From positions 1 to 64,000 of the forward strand of contig JBIPSI010000027.1 of assembly GCA_044070495.1 (NCBI GenBank): 64,000 bases of DNA, given 5' to 3'. Of the stretch, positions 1 through 10,500 are shown in pieces. Position numbers and translations under genes: made by a program. Source of the stretch: Spirulina sp. Its GTDB lineage: Bacteria > Cyanobacteriota > Cyanobacteriia > Phormidesmidales > Phormidesmidaceae. Positions within the stretch are counted from its first letter, which is position 1. Each line of letters starts with the position of its first letter. Below the pieces are notes generated by a model. The model was not told where the DNA came from. It did not search any database and was given only the letters and a program-made list of their open reading frames with translations.

Positions 1-510
1 GTCAGAGAAGGAGCCTTGACCGATGGGGTAGATCAGGAACACAGCGGTGGCAGCAGCCACAGGAGCGGAGTAGGCCACGCAGATCCAGGGGCGCATACCG
101 AGGCGGTAGCTCAGTTCCCACTCACGACCCATGTAGCAGAAAACGCCAATGAGGAAGTGGAAAATCACCAACTGGTAGGGGCCACCGTTGTACAGCCACT
201 CATCTAGGGAAGCCGCTTCCCAGATGGGGTAGAAGTGCAGACCGATAGCATTAGAGGAAGGAACAACCGCACCGGAGATGATGTTGTTGCCGTACATCAG
301 GGAGCCAGCCACGGGCTCACGGATGCCGTCGATGTCCACGGGGGGAGCAGCGACGAAGGCGATGACGTAGCAAGCGGTTGCAGCCAGGAGAGTGGGGATC
401 ATCAGCACGCCGAACCAGCCAATGTACAGGCGGTTTTCGGTGCTGGTTACCCACTGACAGAACTGCTCCCACAGGTTGGCGCTTTCGCGCCGCTGTAGAG
501 TCGTTGTCAT
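1..510 (-). CDS. psbA: Photosystem II D1 protein, N-terminal 170 codons (runs off the window edge)
   Basis: Manual reverse-strand translation from ATG at 510 gives [39 protein letters not shown]...[17 protein letters not shown]...GQGSFSD. It is absent from the ORF track because its stop lies outside the window. Confidence 0.99.
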   Translation of the reverse strand, partial: MTTTLQRRESANLWEQFCQWVTSTENRLYIGWFGVLMIPTLLAATACYVIAFVAAPPVDIDGIREPVAGSLMYGNNIISGAVVPSSNAIGLHFYPIWEAASLDEWLYNGGPYQLVIFHFLIGVFCYMGREWELSYRLGMRPWICVAYSAPVAAATAVFLIYPIGQGSFSD

Positions 511-1008
511 GATGTATTAGTCCGTAGGTTAATTGAATGTATGCCTAATGGAGATGAGAATCTCTTTAGGTGTCTTTACAATAGCACACAAAACTAAATT
601 TTGCCACAGCTATTTTTAGGGGCTACGGGCAAGGGAACCCCATGGATAGCCTTTGATTGTGGGAAATGTAACCATTGTGTGAGCTTTGTGAATGACATGA
701 TGCTCAGATGAGAGGTAGCCCGTTTAGGGGCTGAGGAGGGCTAAATCACCAATCGGTCAATGTTGTATGAATTGAGGCTCTACGGGATTGGATGACTACG
801 TAGACCGCCGAGCTATAACTATAAGTAGAAGTACTGGCCCTAGGGCAAGAGGCAGTTCCATTTTCGATAGGACTTGGGTTATCTTGCCGATGGCACCCTA
901 GATTGGCGCTCTGTAGGATGAAGCTACGGTAAATACGCCTTAACCAGCGTCAAGGTTTATCCTGCTGGTTTTCCTGTGTTGTCGTTGCTATCAATCAGAG
1001 TGCGAGCC

Positions 1009-1185
1009 ATGTCTACCCTTGAACGAGCCATTGAGCACATGTTTGCCACGCGCCGCCTAACCCGCCGTGACCAACAGATGATTATGGCCATGTTTTCTAA
1101 GCCAGACTTAAGCCCCAACGATGCAGATTTGATTAATCGGGTTTATGAAGCTCTCAGCCAAGGCCGACTCAGGGTCGTGGATTGA
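1009..1185 (+). CDS. Small conserved cyanobacterial hypothetical protein (58 aa)
   Basis: ATG at 1009. The ..LINRVYEALSQGRLRVVD C-terminus resembles a small-protein family I recognise from cyanobacteria. Confidence 0.7.
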   Translation: MSTLERAIEHMFATRRLTRRDQQMIMAMFSKPDLSPNDADLINRVYEALSQGRLRVVD

Positions 1186-1197
1186 TGCTTTAGGGTG

Positions 1198-2274
1198 CTA
1201 GAGAGGCTGTAGCCATGCCGTGAAGATCCACATGTTGCCCTGGATTTCTGACCAATTTCCAGACACTCGGCCTGTGGTCGTTACGATGTCACCGTTGCGG
1301 TAGCGGGTGACCTCGCCGTACTCTGGCCCTGGCCCGGATCGAGCTTCAGCATAGTCTTTATCGTCGGCATTGACCCGCCTTTGGCGAGATTCTGGTCTGG
1401 GAGGTTGGGGTTGCGTGGCATTGTAGATGGTTTGCCACGTTGCCGCATCGACAATGCCATTTTCGGGTAGACCATTGACCCGCTGAAAGGTGCGCACCGC
1501 CGCCTGGGTTTCGGCGTCATAGATGCCGTTGATGGCAAAATTGGGCGGCAAATAGCCCAACTGCTTGAGCCGTCGCTGCAAGTCCTGTACGTAGGGATCG
1601 GGGGTTGGGATTGGCGTTGGCGTTGGGATCGGCGTGGGGCGAACGGATGGGCCTTGACCAGGGGGAAATTGGAGGAAACTGCCGTCTACCCAGGTGCCAT
1701 CAGTGAGTTCTGTCCAGCTTCCGTTGAAGCGTCCGGTAAAGGGTAGGCGGGTGCCATGGACGTACTGACCAACTCGGGCGTAGCCTGTGCCAGGGCCAGT
1801 TCGGATGTTCAATGCATAGCCTGGGGGCGTGGCGACAATGGCGACGGATTGGGTGGTGGGGTTCGTGATGCAGGCGATGCGTTCGCGGGGAGCGCTGGCG
1901 ACCCAGTTGCCAGCGACCCAGGTGCCATTCGTGAGCTGTAGCCAGCCCCGACGACTTACCCCAGATAACTCTAGGGGGCAGCCTCGACGGTTCTTCGTGT
2001 GAATGCCAAAGTTAGTGCCTGGCCCCCATCGGCTGTTGAGCGCGTAGCCTGGGGGAGTATTGACGTAGACTACGGTACCCCAACGGGAGTTTGCCCAGGC
2101 TAGGGGACTAGCCACAATTCCTAGGGTCAGTACAGTGGCAAGGGCAATTCCCTGTCGCTGCCAAGCTTCCAGTCGAGGTCTAGACCGGATCAAGGGAAAT
2201 GCGGAAGCCCATCGCCCTAGGGGTTGCCGGGAGCCATCCGTGGCCATGGTAAGTCGTACACAATGATGCTCCAA
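1198..2274 (-). CDS. Secreted SH3b-repeat plus peptidoglycan-binding domain protein
   Basis: Three LNxRxGPG-like SH3b motifs, a PT linker, a PG_binding_1 motif (LQRRLKQLGY..GIYDAETQAAVRTFQ) and a signal-like hydrophobic stretch. Start uncertain. Confidence 0.85.
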   Translation of the reverse strand: MEHHCVRLTMATDGSRQPLGRWASAFPLIRSRPRLEAWQRQGIALATVLTLGIVASPLAWANSRWGTVVYVNTPPGYALNSRWGPGTNFGIHTKNRRGCPLELSGVSRRGWLQLTNGTWVAGNWVASAPRERIACITNPTTQSVAIVATPPGYALNIRTGPGTGYARVGQYVHGTRLPFTGRFNGSWTELTDGTWVDGSFLQFPPGQGPSVRPTPIPTPTPIPTPDPYVQDLQRRLKQLGYLPPNFAINGIYDAETQAAVRTFQRVNGLPENGIVDAATWQTIYNATQPQPPRPESRQRRVNADDKDYAEARSGPGPEYGEVTRYRNGDIVTTTGRVSGNWSEIQGNMWIFTAWLQPL

Positions 2275-2351
2275 TCATAGCCGTTTTTGCTGGAGCTTAA
2301 CCCCCTAAGGTCAGTCATTGTCGGTGTTTTAGCTTGAGGATCAACGATGGT

Positions 2352-2579
2352 CTAGGCGGGCCTCACCAGTAGGGTTAGCCCCTGTCGCCCAATCACCACC
2401 ACCCAGCTAGAGACCTCTAGGGCATGATCGGTCAAGGCTAGGCTGCGACTGGTGTAAATCTGGGCGGGCCAGTAGGTGCCCTCAAAAAATACTCGCCCCT
2501 TTTGGTGGCGGGTAATCGGGTGTTCAACCCGGGCAGGTTTTTGAGCTGTGAAAATCTCAATGCTGGGAGCCCAATCCAT
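2352..2579 (-). CDS. NfeD-like OB-fold protein
   Basis: KGRVFFEGTYWPA...VVVIGRQGLTLLV pattern. Confidence 0.75.
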   Translation of the reverse strand: MDWAPSIEIFTAQKPARVEHPITRHQKGRVFFEGTYWPAQIYTSRSLALTDHALEVSSWVVVIGRQGLTLLVRPA

Positions 2580-2953
2580 AGCGTTTCTCCCCGTTGCTAG
2601 GTTTGTGGTTGTGAATTCGTTCGTGTGTTGGTTTTCTCAGACGGCACGATAAAGAGGAAAGGGCTAGCCTTAGTCCAGATTGTCAGGTGGCTATGGAGTC
2701 GTCTTCCCAGAGGGGTAAGTTTTGGTGTAAGCAGCCTACAAAGAGGAACTCACTTTTATAGTAAAAAACCAAAATCCAGGCTGGCCATCTGCCAGGGCTG
2801 TGCGTTTTCTATTGGATCTACGTCGCCGCATTAAATTAAGGAAAAAGTCTCAAACCTAAAAATCTCAATGATCTTTCGCTATCCAATCAGGGGCGATGCT
2901 AGCAAGGTTGTCAGTCATGACATTGGGTTACGCCATCTAGACATCCTTGTTAT

Positions 2954-2974
2954 TTATGGTGCAAAATACTATAA
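2954..2974 (+). promoter_or_regulatory. NrtR operator
   Basis: TTATGGT-N7-ACTATAA, a 21-bp imperfect palindrome 20 bp upstream of pncB; the operon encodes NrtR. Confidence 0.8.
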
Positions 2975-2994
2975 GTGTTTGAGTCGCCATCGCC

Positions 2995-4362
2995 ATGTCC
3001 CAGCCAGCGTTGTCTGTGTCTCCTGCCGACTACGGTTTGCTAACCGATCTCTATCAGCTCACGATGGCCGCTTGCTACGTGGGTGAGAATCTGGATCAGC
3101 GATGGGCGAGTTTTGAGTTGTTTACCCGTCGGCTGCCAGACAATTACGGCTATCTGGTGGCGATGGGGTTGGCCCAGGCGGTGGATTACTTGGTAAATCT
3201 ACGCTTTTCGGCGGAGCAGGTGGCGGCGTTACAAAATACCGGACTGTTTCAGCAGGTACCAGATCGTTACTGGCAGTTGCTTCAGTCGGAGGGATTTACT
3301 GGCGATCTGTGGGCGGTACCGGAAGGGACGGCGGTGTTTGCCAATGAGCCGCTGCTGCGGGTGGAAGCGCCTCTGTGGCAGGCCCAAATTGCCGAAACCT
3401 ACCTGCTCAATGCCCTCAATTATCAAACCCTGGTGGCTACACGGGCGGCGCGGCTGCGGGATGTGGCGGGGCCAACCACTAAGCTGCTGGAGTTTGGCAG
3501 TCGGCGGGCCTTTAGCCCCCAGGGGGCGGTGTGGGCGGCGCGGGCGGCATTGGCGGCGGGGCTAGATGCTACGTCCAACGTACTAGCCGCGTTGCAATTG
3601 GGGCAAAAACCCGCCGGGACGATGGCCCATGCCCTCGTGATGGCGATTACGGCGATTGAGGGCAGTGAAGACGATGCGTTTGCAGCGTTTCAGCGCTACT
3701 TTCCCACGGCAACACTATTAATTGACACCTATGACCCAGAAGCAGCGGCAGTCCGGTTAGCCGCTGCCGCACAGCGAGGTGAAACCCAGGTGGCCTCGGT
3801 GCGGCTGGATTCTGGGGATTTGCTCAGTCTCTCCCAATCGGTACGGCGGCACTTGCCCCAGGCGCAAATTTTTGTCAGCGGCGATTTAGACGAGTACGCT
3901 GTCCAACGTCTGCAACGGCAGGGGGCGGCGATTGATGGCTATGGCCTGGGCACCAAGCTGGTGACGGGGGAGCCTGTGAACGGTGTCTATAAATTAGTAG
4001 ACATCGATGGCATTCCGGTGATGAAGGAATCGGCCAGTAAGGCCACCTATCCGGGCCGCAAGCAGATTTTTCGGCGGTTTGAGAACGGGCAAGCGGTGGG
4101 GGATCGCCTGGGTTTAATGACCGAGGTTGCCACCCCAGATGAGCAACCCCTTTTAGAATGGGTGATACGTCAAGGACAGGTCATGCATCCGCCCGAAGCC
4201 CTGGCGCAGATTGCCGAACGTACGGCTTCCTCCGTAGCCCGATTGCCCGCTGATGTCCGTTCCCTGAAGCATCCAGCCCTTTACCCCGTCGAAATTTCGT
4301 CCGATCTCCAGGCCCTTACCGAGGCAACCCGCCAACGACGAGCGGTTGCCGCAGAGATCTAG
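2995..4362 (+). CDS. pncB: Nicotinate phosphoribosyltransferase
   Basis: LLTDLYQLTM, EFGSRR, GTMAH, LIDTYD and VRLDSGD motifs. Confidence 0.95.
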   Translation: MSQPALSVSPADYGLLTDLYQLTMAACYVGENLDQRWASFELFTRRLPDNYGYLVAMGLAQAVDYLVNLRFSAEQVAALQNTGLFQQVPDRYWQLLQSEGFTGDLWAVPEGTAVFANEPLLRVEAPLWQAQIAETYLLNALNYQTLVATRAARLRDVAGPTTKLLEFGSRRAFSPQGAVWAARAALAAGLDATSNVLAALQLGQKPAGTMAHALVMAITAIEGSEDDAFAAFQRYFPTATLLIDTYDPEAAAVRLAAAAQRGETQVASVRLDSGDLLSLSQSVRRHLPQAQIFVSGDLDEYAVQRLQRQGAAIDGYGLGTKLVTGEPVNGVYKLVDIDGIPVMKESASKATYPGRKQIFRRFENGQAVGDRLGLMTEVATPDEQPLLEWVIRQGQVMHPPEALAQIAERTASSVARLPADVRSLKHPALYPVEISSDLQALTEATRQRRAVAAEI

Positions 4363-4447
4363 CCATCTCAGCCGCCCGAGGCATCCAGTCATCCCATCTG
4401 CTCGACTTCCGACTCCCGATTAATACCCTTTCTTTACTCCCAACGCC

Positions 4448-5062
4448 ATGACCCGCATTGCTTTGTTTGGTACCAGTGCCGACCCACCCCATCGGGGTCA
4501 TGCCTCTGTGCTGTCTTGGCTGGCTACCCAATTTGATCATGTGGCGGTGTGGACTTCGAACAATCCCTTTAAGGAACACCAAACGCCCCTCAGTGATCGC
4601 TTCCAAATGTTGGAACTGCTGATCGACGACCTGAACGCCCCCGCTGGAAGGGTACAGGTGCATCCTGAACTCAGTCATTTGCGATCCATCGTCAGCATTG
4701 AACGCGCCCAGCAGCGATGGCCCCAGGCGCGATTGGCTTTGGTGATCGGGGCCGATCTTGTCACCCAACTGCCCACCTGGTATCGGGCGGAGGCTATATT
4801 TGCGGCGGTGGAAATCGTCGTTATCCCACGTCCTGGCTATGCCCTAACCGAGGCCGTGCTGAAAGACCTGCGTCAGCATACCCAAGTAACGGTGGCCGAC
4901 TTCCCCCAGCCTGTGGATGTGGCTTCCTCGGAGTATCGCCAAACCTGCGATGACATTGCCCTCACCCCCGCCGTGCAAGCCTATATTGATCAACATCACC
5001 TCTACCCATGTCCGGAAAACTCCAGAAAAACCTTAATCACCTCCTCGCAAAACCTGACCTAG
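4448..5062 (+). CDS. nadD: Nicotinate-nucleotide adenylyltransferase
   Basis: GTSADPPHRGH (HxGH) motif, IGAD, xSSxxYR; operon context. Confidence 0.92.
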   Translation: MTRIALFGTSADPPHRGHASVLSWLATQFDHVAVWTSNNPFKEHQTPLSDRFQMLELLIDDLNAPAGRVQVHPELSHLRSIVSIERAQQRWPQARLALVIGADLVTQLPTWYRAEAIFAAVEIVVIPRPGYALTEAVLKDLRQHTQVTVADFPQPVDVASSEYRQTCDDIALTPAVQAYIDQHHLYPCPENSRKTLITSSQNLT

Positions 5063-5754
5063 CCGACTTTAAGGTGGGTGTCGATAACGTCATTTTTTCC
5101 GTGGATACCCACCAAAATCGGCTGCTGGTGCTTGTGGTGATGCGCCACCAAGATCCTTACATGGGCCGCTGGAGTTTGCCGGGAACCTTGGTGCGCCAGG
5201 GCGAATCCTTAGAAGATGCGGCCTATCGAGTCTTGGCGGAAAAAATTCGGGTCAACACTCTGTATTTAGAACAGCTCTATACCTTTGGTGGCCCCCATCG
5301 CGATCCTCGCGAAGACCCTACGGCCTACGATGTGCGCTATCTTTCGGTGAGCCACTTTGCCCTAGTGCGCTTTGAAGACGCTGAACTGATTGCCGATGGG
5401 GTGAGCGGCATTGCTTGGTATCCCCTCGCCCAGGTGCCCCAGCTTGCCTTCGACCACAATGAAATTTTGGCCTACGGCTATCGGCGGCTACGCAACAAGC
5501 TGGAATATAGCCCCATTGCCTTTGATGTACTGCCCGAACTGTTCACCTTAGGGGATCTCTATCAGTTATATGTCACTGTTTTAGGGGAAGGATTTTCCGA
5601 TTACTCCAACTTCCGCACCCGCCTTTTAAAACTCGGTTTTTTGCAAGATACAGGCCAAAAAACCTCCCGTGGGGCCGGACGACCCGCCAGCCTTTATCGC
5701 TTTGATGCCGCCGCCTTTGAACCCCTAAAAGACAAACCTGTGGTGTTTATCTAA
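5008..5754 (+). CDS. nrtR: NUDIX plus winged-helix NAD regulator NrtR
   Basis: Degenerate NUDIX box, LAFDH, C-terminal GAGRPASLYRF; NAD operon context. Confidence 0.9.
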   Translation: MSGKLQKNLNHLLAKPDLADFKVGVDNVIFSVDTHQNRLLVLVVMRHQDPYMGRWSLPGTLVRQGESLEDAAYRVLAEKIRVNTLYLEQLYTFGGPHRDPREDPTAYDVRYLSVSHFALVRFEDAELIADGVSGIAWYPLAQVPQLAFDHNEILAYGYRRLRNKLEYSPIAFDVLPELFTLGDLYQLYVTVLGEGFSDYSNFRTRLLKLGFLQDTGQKTSRGAGRPASLYRFDAAAFEPLKDKPVVFI

Positions 5755-5814
5755 GGGAGGTAAACACTAACCTGTACGCCTTATCTTATCCCCTGAATGA
5801 CATTCAGCATGGGG

Positions 5815-5909
5815 TATAGTCGTTTCGCATAAGCATGAGACAAGCTAGCCACTGAAAACCTCATTTAAGTAGGCTTTTCAGGTTCTCAAGCTTAGCTGGA
5901 GTAACTATA
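5815..5909. mobile_element. Degenerate TATAG-ended MITE-like element
   Basis: Imperfect terminal inverted repeats TATAGT..TAAGCATGAGA and TCTCAAGCTTAG..ACTATA, with an internal hairpin. Confidence 0.45.
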
Positions 5910-6005
5910 ACGGTGTTTCCCCTGGCTTTTCAGGTACCCTAAGGCTGAAGGATTGAAAGCCTGGACGTGGTCAACAGCTATGGCAACACCATCAGACAAA
6001 GCATC

Positions 6006-6938
6006 ATGAAAAATCGATCTCCCCGCAACCGCACTTTAGAACTAACGGATGCTGAACGTGGGGAATTGTCCCAGCGACTTCAGCAACTTCATCAGAAGGT
6101 TGAACCAGGTGTAATTCTCAATCAAATTATTTGGCAAGATCTGTTTGAGGCGATTGGCTATCTGCCTACTAAATTTGTTGACTTACTCATTGTTGATCCA
6201 CCCTATAACCTGACCAAGGATTTTAACGGAACTGCTTTTAGACGGCAGGAGGATCGGGATTATACACGCTGGCTAGAAATCTGGATTAGCCAGGTCAAAC
6301 GCCTATTAAAACCCACTGCTTCGGCTTACTTCTGTGCCGATTGGCTGACCTCTACCCTGCTTTATCCCATCCTTGCAAAACATTTTATTGTGCGAAATCG
6401 CATTACTTGGGAACGCGAGAAAGGTCGAGGGGCACAAAAAAACTGGAAGAATGCCAGCGAAGATATTTGGTTTTGCACCGTTTCAAATGATTACTTTTTT
6501 GATGTGGAAGCGGTTAAGTTAAAACGCCAGGTGATGGCCCCCTATCGCACCCAAGACGGCCAGCCCAAGGACTGGGAAGATGGCCCTAAGAAGTATCGCC
6601 TTACCCATCCCTCTAACCTCTGGACCGATCTTACAGTTCCCTTTTGGTCGATGCCGGAAAACACCGACCACCCCACCCAAAAACCCGAAAAACTGATTGC
6701 TAAACTTATTTTGGCCAGCTCTAAACTGGGTAATGTGGTGTTTGATCCCTTTTTGGGCAGTGGGACGACGGCGGTGGTGGCCAAAAAATTGGGGCGTCAA
6801 TACGTCGGTATTGAGCAGAATTTAGACTACTGCTGCCTAGCCGAAAAACGATTAGCCATGGCCGACCAACACCCCACCATCCAGGGCTATGTCGATGGCG
6901 TCTTTTGGGAGCGCAATACCCGGACAGAATCTCCCTAA
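6006..6938 (+). CDS. Orphan DNA amino-methyltransferase (N4/N6, beta class)
   Basis: DPPY precedes HPTQKP and DPFLGSGTT; no adjacent endonuclease. Confidence 0.92.
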   Translation: MKNRSPRNRTLELTDAERGELSQRLQQLHQKVEPGVILNQIIWQDLFEAIGYLPTKFVDLLIVDPPYNLTKDFNGTAFRRQEDRDYTRWLEIWISQVKRLLKPTASAYFCADWLTSTLLYPILAKHFIVRNRITWEREKGRGAQKNWKNASEDIWFCTVSNDYFFDVEAVKLKRQVMAPYRTQDGQPKDWEDGPKKYRLTHPSNLWTDLTVPFWSMPENTDHPTQKPEKLIAKLILASSKLGNVVFDPFLGSGTTAVVAKKLGRQYVGIEQNLDYCCLAEKRLAMADQHPTIQGYVDGVFWERNTRTESP

Positions 6939-6991
6939 GAGACTCCATTCAGATTCTAGGTATCCATGGCGACGGCTCATAGGATCTACCT

Positions 6992-7219
6992 TTACTCATC
7001 CGTCTTTACGGGGGTCAGGTATTGGCTGTCGATTAAAAAGGATCCCCTATCAAAGCGGATGCCCCAGTAGCCGCCCGGACGTCGATCTAGCACCAGCCCT
7101 TCATCCCCTACGTGTAGCAGTTCTGGAGATCGCAGCATCGGCATGGGGTCGGCGGTTTTGAGGTAGGGCGGCAATGCCACCAACTGCACCCGATCTCCAA
7201 CGGAAAACGTATTGGCCAT
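6992..7219 (-). CDS. sipA: SipA (DUF3148), NblS/Hik33-interacting protein
   Basis: LPPYLKTADPMPMLR..DRRPGGYWGIRF signature; start taken as ATG at 7219. Confidence 0.88.
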   Translation of the reverse strand: MANTFSVGDRVQLVALPPYLKTADPMPMLRSPELLHVGDEGLVLDRRPGGYWGIRFDRGSFLIDSQYLTPVKTDE

Positions 7220-7404
7220 AGCAACCTTCTCGAAACAAAATGCTAGACGACATCTTCTAGCTGATACCTTGGGGCAATCCATGCCTCCATAGCTTGAGTG
7301 TAGGGCAAGGTTGGGGATTACCCGTAGCCAGTTTGATGGAGAAAAGGCTAGGCTGACAATAGTCTGTGTAACCGCCTTTGCCAAAGGCTTTTCCGAGGCC
7401 AGCT

Positions 7405-8100
7405 ATGACCTTAGACGACGCTGAATTGCAAGCCAAACTTCGCCGTATTGAAGCCGAATTGGGGGCAGCGCCCCCTACTTCTCGGTCTTCTGAGTCGGCA
7501 AACCGCACCCCAAGCGAACGATCTACACCCCCTACCACTGATGGATGGCTAGATCGGTGGAAGGCCAATGCGCTGCTGCCGTTTCAGTTGTTGGCGCTGC
7601 CCTGGGCGCAGGAAATTATTGACCAGGTGGTTTTTGGCGGGCAATGGAACTTACCTGTTCATCCGCGTACCTTGGCGGGCGTCCCCGGTATTTTTCTGTC
7701 GGCGATTTCCCACAGCGGCTTTGCCCATCTGATCGGCAACAGCATTGGGTTTGTCATCTTTAGCTGGCTAATTTTGGCCAAAAGTCGGCGCGACTATTGG
7801 ATGGTGCTGTTGCTGGGCTGGCTGGGGGGTGGTGTGGCGTCCTGGCTGCTTGGCCCCAATAGTGTCCATGGCCTCAGCGGTGTGGTGTATACGCTGTTTG
7901 GCTACCTTCTGTTCATCGGCTGGCTAGAACGTCGCCTGGTGCCGCTGCTGATTTCGGTCTTTGTGCTGGTGAACTACAGCTACTTTATTTGGGGTATTTT
8001 CCCGACCCATCCCATGGTGGCCTGGTGGGGGCACTTATTTGGCTTTTTGATTGGCATCTTTGCCGCCTACGGCGTCTACCGCGAACCCCACGCTTCCTAG
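7405..8100 (+). CDS. Rhomboid intramembrane serine protease
   Basis: HxxxxHLIGN, GLSG and GHLFG motifs; several TM segments. Confidence 0.9.
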   Translation: MTLDDAELQAKLRRIEAELGAAPPTSRSSESANRTPSERSTPPTTDGWLDRWKANALLPFQLLALPWAQEIIDQVVFGGQWNLPVHPRTLAGVPGIFLSAISHSGFAHLIGNSIGFVIFSWLILAKSRRDYWMVLLLGWLGGGVASWLLGPNSVHGLSGVVYTLFGYLLFIGWLERRLVPLLISVFVLVNYSYFIWGIFPTHPMVAWWGHLFGFLIGIFAAYGVYREPHAS

Positions 8101-8116
8101 GGATTTGACAATACCT

Positions 8117-8184
8117 AAAACCCCGGTTTCTGGCTCGGCAGGCTGACCATAGGATCAGTGTAGCGACCTAGAAACCGGGGTTTT
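8117..8184. repeat. 15-bp inverted repeat pair with 38-bp interior (REP/SDR-like, possible terminator)
   Basis: AAAACCCCGGTTTCT (8117-8131) and AGAAACCGGGGTTTT (8170-8184) between convergent genes. Confidence 0.8.
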
Positions 8185-8205
8185 CTGTCAGGGGTTTTCT
8201 CTAAC

Positions 8206-8505
8206 CTACAGCCCGTCCCAGAAGGTTCCTACATCAATTAGGGCTTCGTAGCGTTCCAGTTGCTCAAAGGAAAAGTCCACCATGGTGGGCACCAGCAGAG
8301 CGCGGGCCGGATTTTGGCGGCTGACAAACAACTGGCCATCCCGGTCGTACAAGAATAAGGACACATGCTCGTCGTCCTCAAATTCAGCCACTAGACCATA
8401 CTCAAACCCAGGCCAGTCGGTGGGCTGCTGGGTCGCCCAGTCCTCAGGGCGGTAGGGTTGGGCGAGCTTAACCACATCTCCGGCGTTAATGGCGTACTCA
8501 GACAC
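8206..8505 (-). CDS. Hypothetical protein
   Basis: GTG at 8505 preceded by an AGAGGAG ribosome-binding site. Confidence 0.6.
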   Translation of the reverse strand: MSEYAINAGDVVKLAQPYRPEDWATQQPTDWPGFEYGLVAEFEDDEHVSLFLYDRDGQLFVSRQNPARALLVPTMVDFSFEQLERYEALIDVGTFWDGL

Positions 8506-8836
8506 GATGGATCTCCTCTGGGCGTGATAGTTGAAGGGAGGGCAACAGGGGCGTGGGAGATGGGTAACCAAAGGGCGGCCAGGGGTCTGATAGGAGTCTG
8601 GGCCAATAGTATCCATCGATACTTTTCTGGTGCCGTTTAGCCAGCTTACCGTAATCTTGCTGGGGATGGAATTTTTCTGTATTCAAAAACACGGTTTTTA
8701 AGAAAATCTTCCGTTCACCAGGGAATTGGGGAGGTCTTGCCGCCAATCTTGCGCCAGATCCAGTATTCGATCCTAATATTCATAACTAAGGAGCGGGTGC
8801 ATCCCGGCATAGCAAGGTATTTCACGAGGATTGACC

Positions 8837-10378
8837 ATGGGTACCTGGGTTAAGGAAACCGATGAAGCCATCTATCTCATGCAGGGCAATCAATGGATTT
8901 CCCGCATTCAGAAAAAACCGTCCTCCAACAACCCTAGGGAGCAGGTGCTCAATATCGAGGGAATGCGCCAGTGGTTTCTGAGGGCTGATGCTCCCCTGGC
9001 GATGACGGTGGCGGTGGGGGCAGATGGCACAGAGCCAGATCGTATCGGTAGTGCTAGTACCGGGGACACGGTTCCGGGGGAGAAACCCGGGGGAGAGACC
9101 GATCCCGATGACGCGCCCGCTGGAGAGGATCGTCCTAGCCTGGGGGCTAAGCTGCGGGTGAAAAAGACGACCTACGCTAGGCGACAGCCCCAGCCCGCCG
9201 AGCAACTGGCCGAAGCCGATAAGGTGCTAATAACTCAGGGGAGTGTGCTGGATCTTCAATATTATGTAGACCTTGGCAATAACCAATGGCAGATCGAACT
9301 GCGGGAGCCGACCCTCGGTAGCCAGCCCCAAACCACCTGGTGGGTATCGGCGGTTGATGTGGAAATGATTACCGATATCACCCTGACGGTGGTACGCAAT
9401 ACGCTGTTCAAACAGGAACCTAAGGATTCCTCCCAACTGCCGCAGACCAGTGTCGTTCCGGTTCAGCAGGGCACACGCTTTCACCTGATTAATAACAAGC
9501 CCGCCGCTGGCGACCACGGGGAAATTGAGCTGGCCGAGGCGCTATCGGATCAGGAAACGCGGCGTCAGTGGTTTGTCTATAAACCGGACGTAAAAATTGA
9601 GGGCCGACGGGAACTATTGCGGGTGAAGGGGGATACGGTTTTCAAAACCCAGCCCGTGCAGTCTAGTCAGCTTGCTAGCGACGACAAGGTGTTGGTGAAA
9701 AAGGGCACCGTGTTTCTGCTCAATTCCTACGCCCAGCCCGCCGACAACCATGTGCGGCTGGCCCTCCAGGGGGCGTTTCTGGGGCCAAAGAACCTCACCA
9801 CCTGGTATGCCTACGTCCCAGACATCGAAATTGAAGGCAACAGCATCGGCAATAACCCCAATGATCGCGGCATCGCCGATCCGGCTAGGGCAGCGGCCAT
9901 GCCTGTGGATCGGGGCATTCGCATCCAGCTACCGGGGTTCAAAGGCACCTACTATTCCAACGACCCCATCTATCCCGTCAACCAGTATGGCCAACGGGGC
10001 AATTTCACCTGGGGCGAGGCACTGCACGTGAATCGGGCCACGGGCCACTACCGCAAACCCGCCAACGCCAGGGTGGTGCAGGGCATCCTCAAAGTAGCGC
10101 GGGCGATGGAGGAGATTCGCCGCATGTATGGGGATCGACCCATTCGCATCAACTCCTGGTACCGTGATCCGGCCACCAATGCCGCCGTGGGAGGTGCCCG
10201 TTTTTCCCGCCACCTGTCCGGCGATGCGGTGGACTTCGTGATTTCTGGGGTCAGTTGCTTTAACGTCTATGCCCGCCTCAATCCTTGGTGGGGCAATCGG
10301 GGCGGCTTAGCCAGCTCCTCGGTGTTCACCCACATTGATGTACGGGGCTATCGGGCTAGGTGGGATTACGGCTACTGA
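8837..10378 (+). CDS. Peptidase M15A (D-Ala-D-Ala carboxypeptidase-like) with N-terminal repeats
   Basis: C-terminal INSWYR..N..VGGA..SRH..GDAVD..FTHIDVRG; three internal T.FK.QP..SSQL-like repeats. Confidence 0.9.
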   Translation: MGTWVKETDEAIYLMQGNQWISRIQKKPSSNNPREQVLNIEGMRQWFLRADAPLAMTVAVGADGTEPDRIGSASTGDTVPGEKPGGETDPDDAPAGEDRPSLGAKLRVKKTTYARRQPQPAEQLAEADKVLITQGSVLDLQYYVDLGNNQWQIELREPTLGSQPQTTWWVSAVDVEMITDITLTVVRNTLFKQEPKDSSQLPQTSVVPVQQGTRFHLINNKPAAGDHGEIELAEALSDQETRRQWFVYKPDVKIEGRRELLRVKGDTVFKTQPVQSSQLASDDKVLVKKGTVFLLNSYAQPADNHVRLALQGAFLGPKNLTTWYAYVPDIEIEGNSIGNNPNDRGIADPARAAAMPVDRGIRIQLPGFKGTYYSNDPIYPVNQYGQRGNFTWGEALHVNRATGHYRKPANARVVQGILKVARAMEEIRRMYGDRPIRINSWYRDPATNAAVGGARFSRHLSGDAVDFVISGVSCFNVYARLNPWWGNRGGLASSSVFTHIDVRGYRARWDYGY

Positions 10379-10500
10379 GGGGCTTGCTGGATTGATTCAA
10401 TACAAAGAGAAGATAATTTGTTCGGAGGGATTCTCCCCAATACCTAAAGAATGGGGGTAGAATTTAGCTTGGTTTTTTAAGCGTTGAAACAATTTCTACC

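Noticed and set aside
16..498. Plus-strand ORFs 16-207 and 235-498
   Set aside because: They are antisense shadows of psbA.
2756..2776. Second NrtR site (TTATAGT...)
   Set aside because: Only one half-site matches at the expected spacing.
6006..6938. Methyltransferase as part of a restriction-modification system or as the cause of CGATCG avoidance
   Set aside because: No adjacent nuclease is present, and specificity cannot be read from the sequence.
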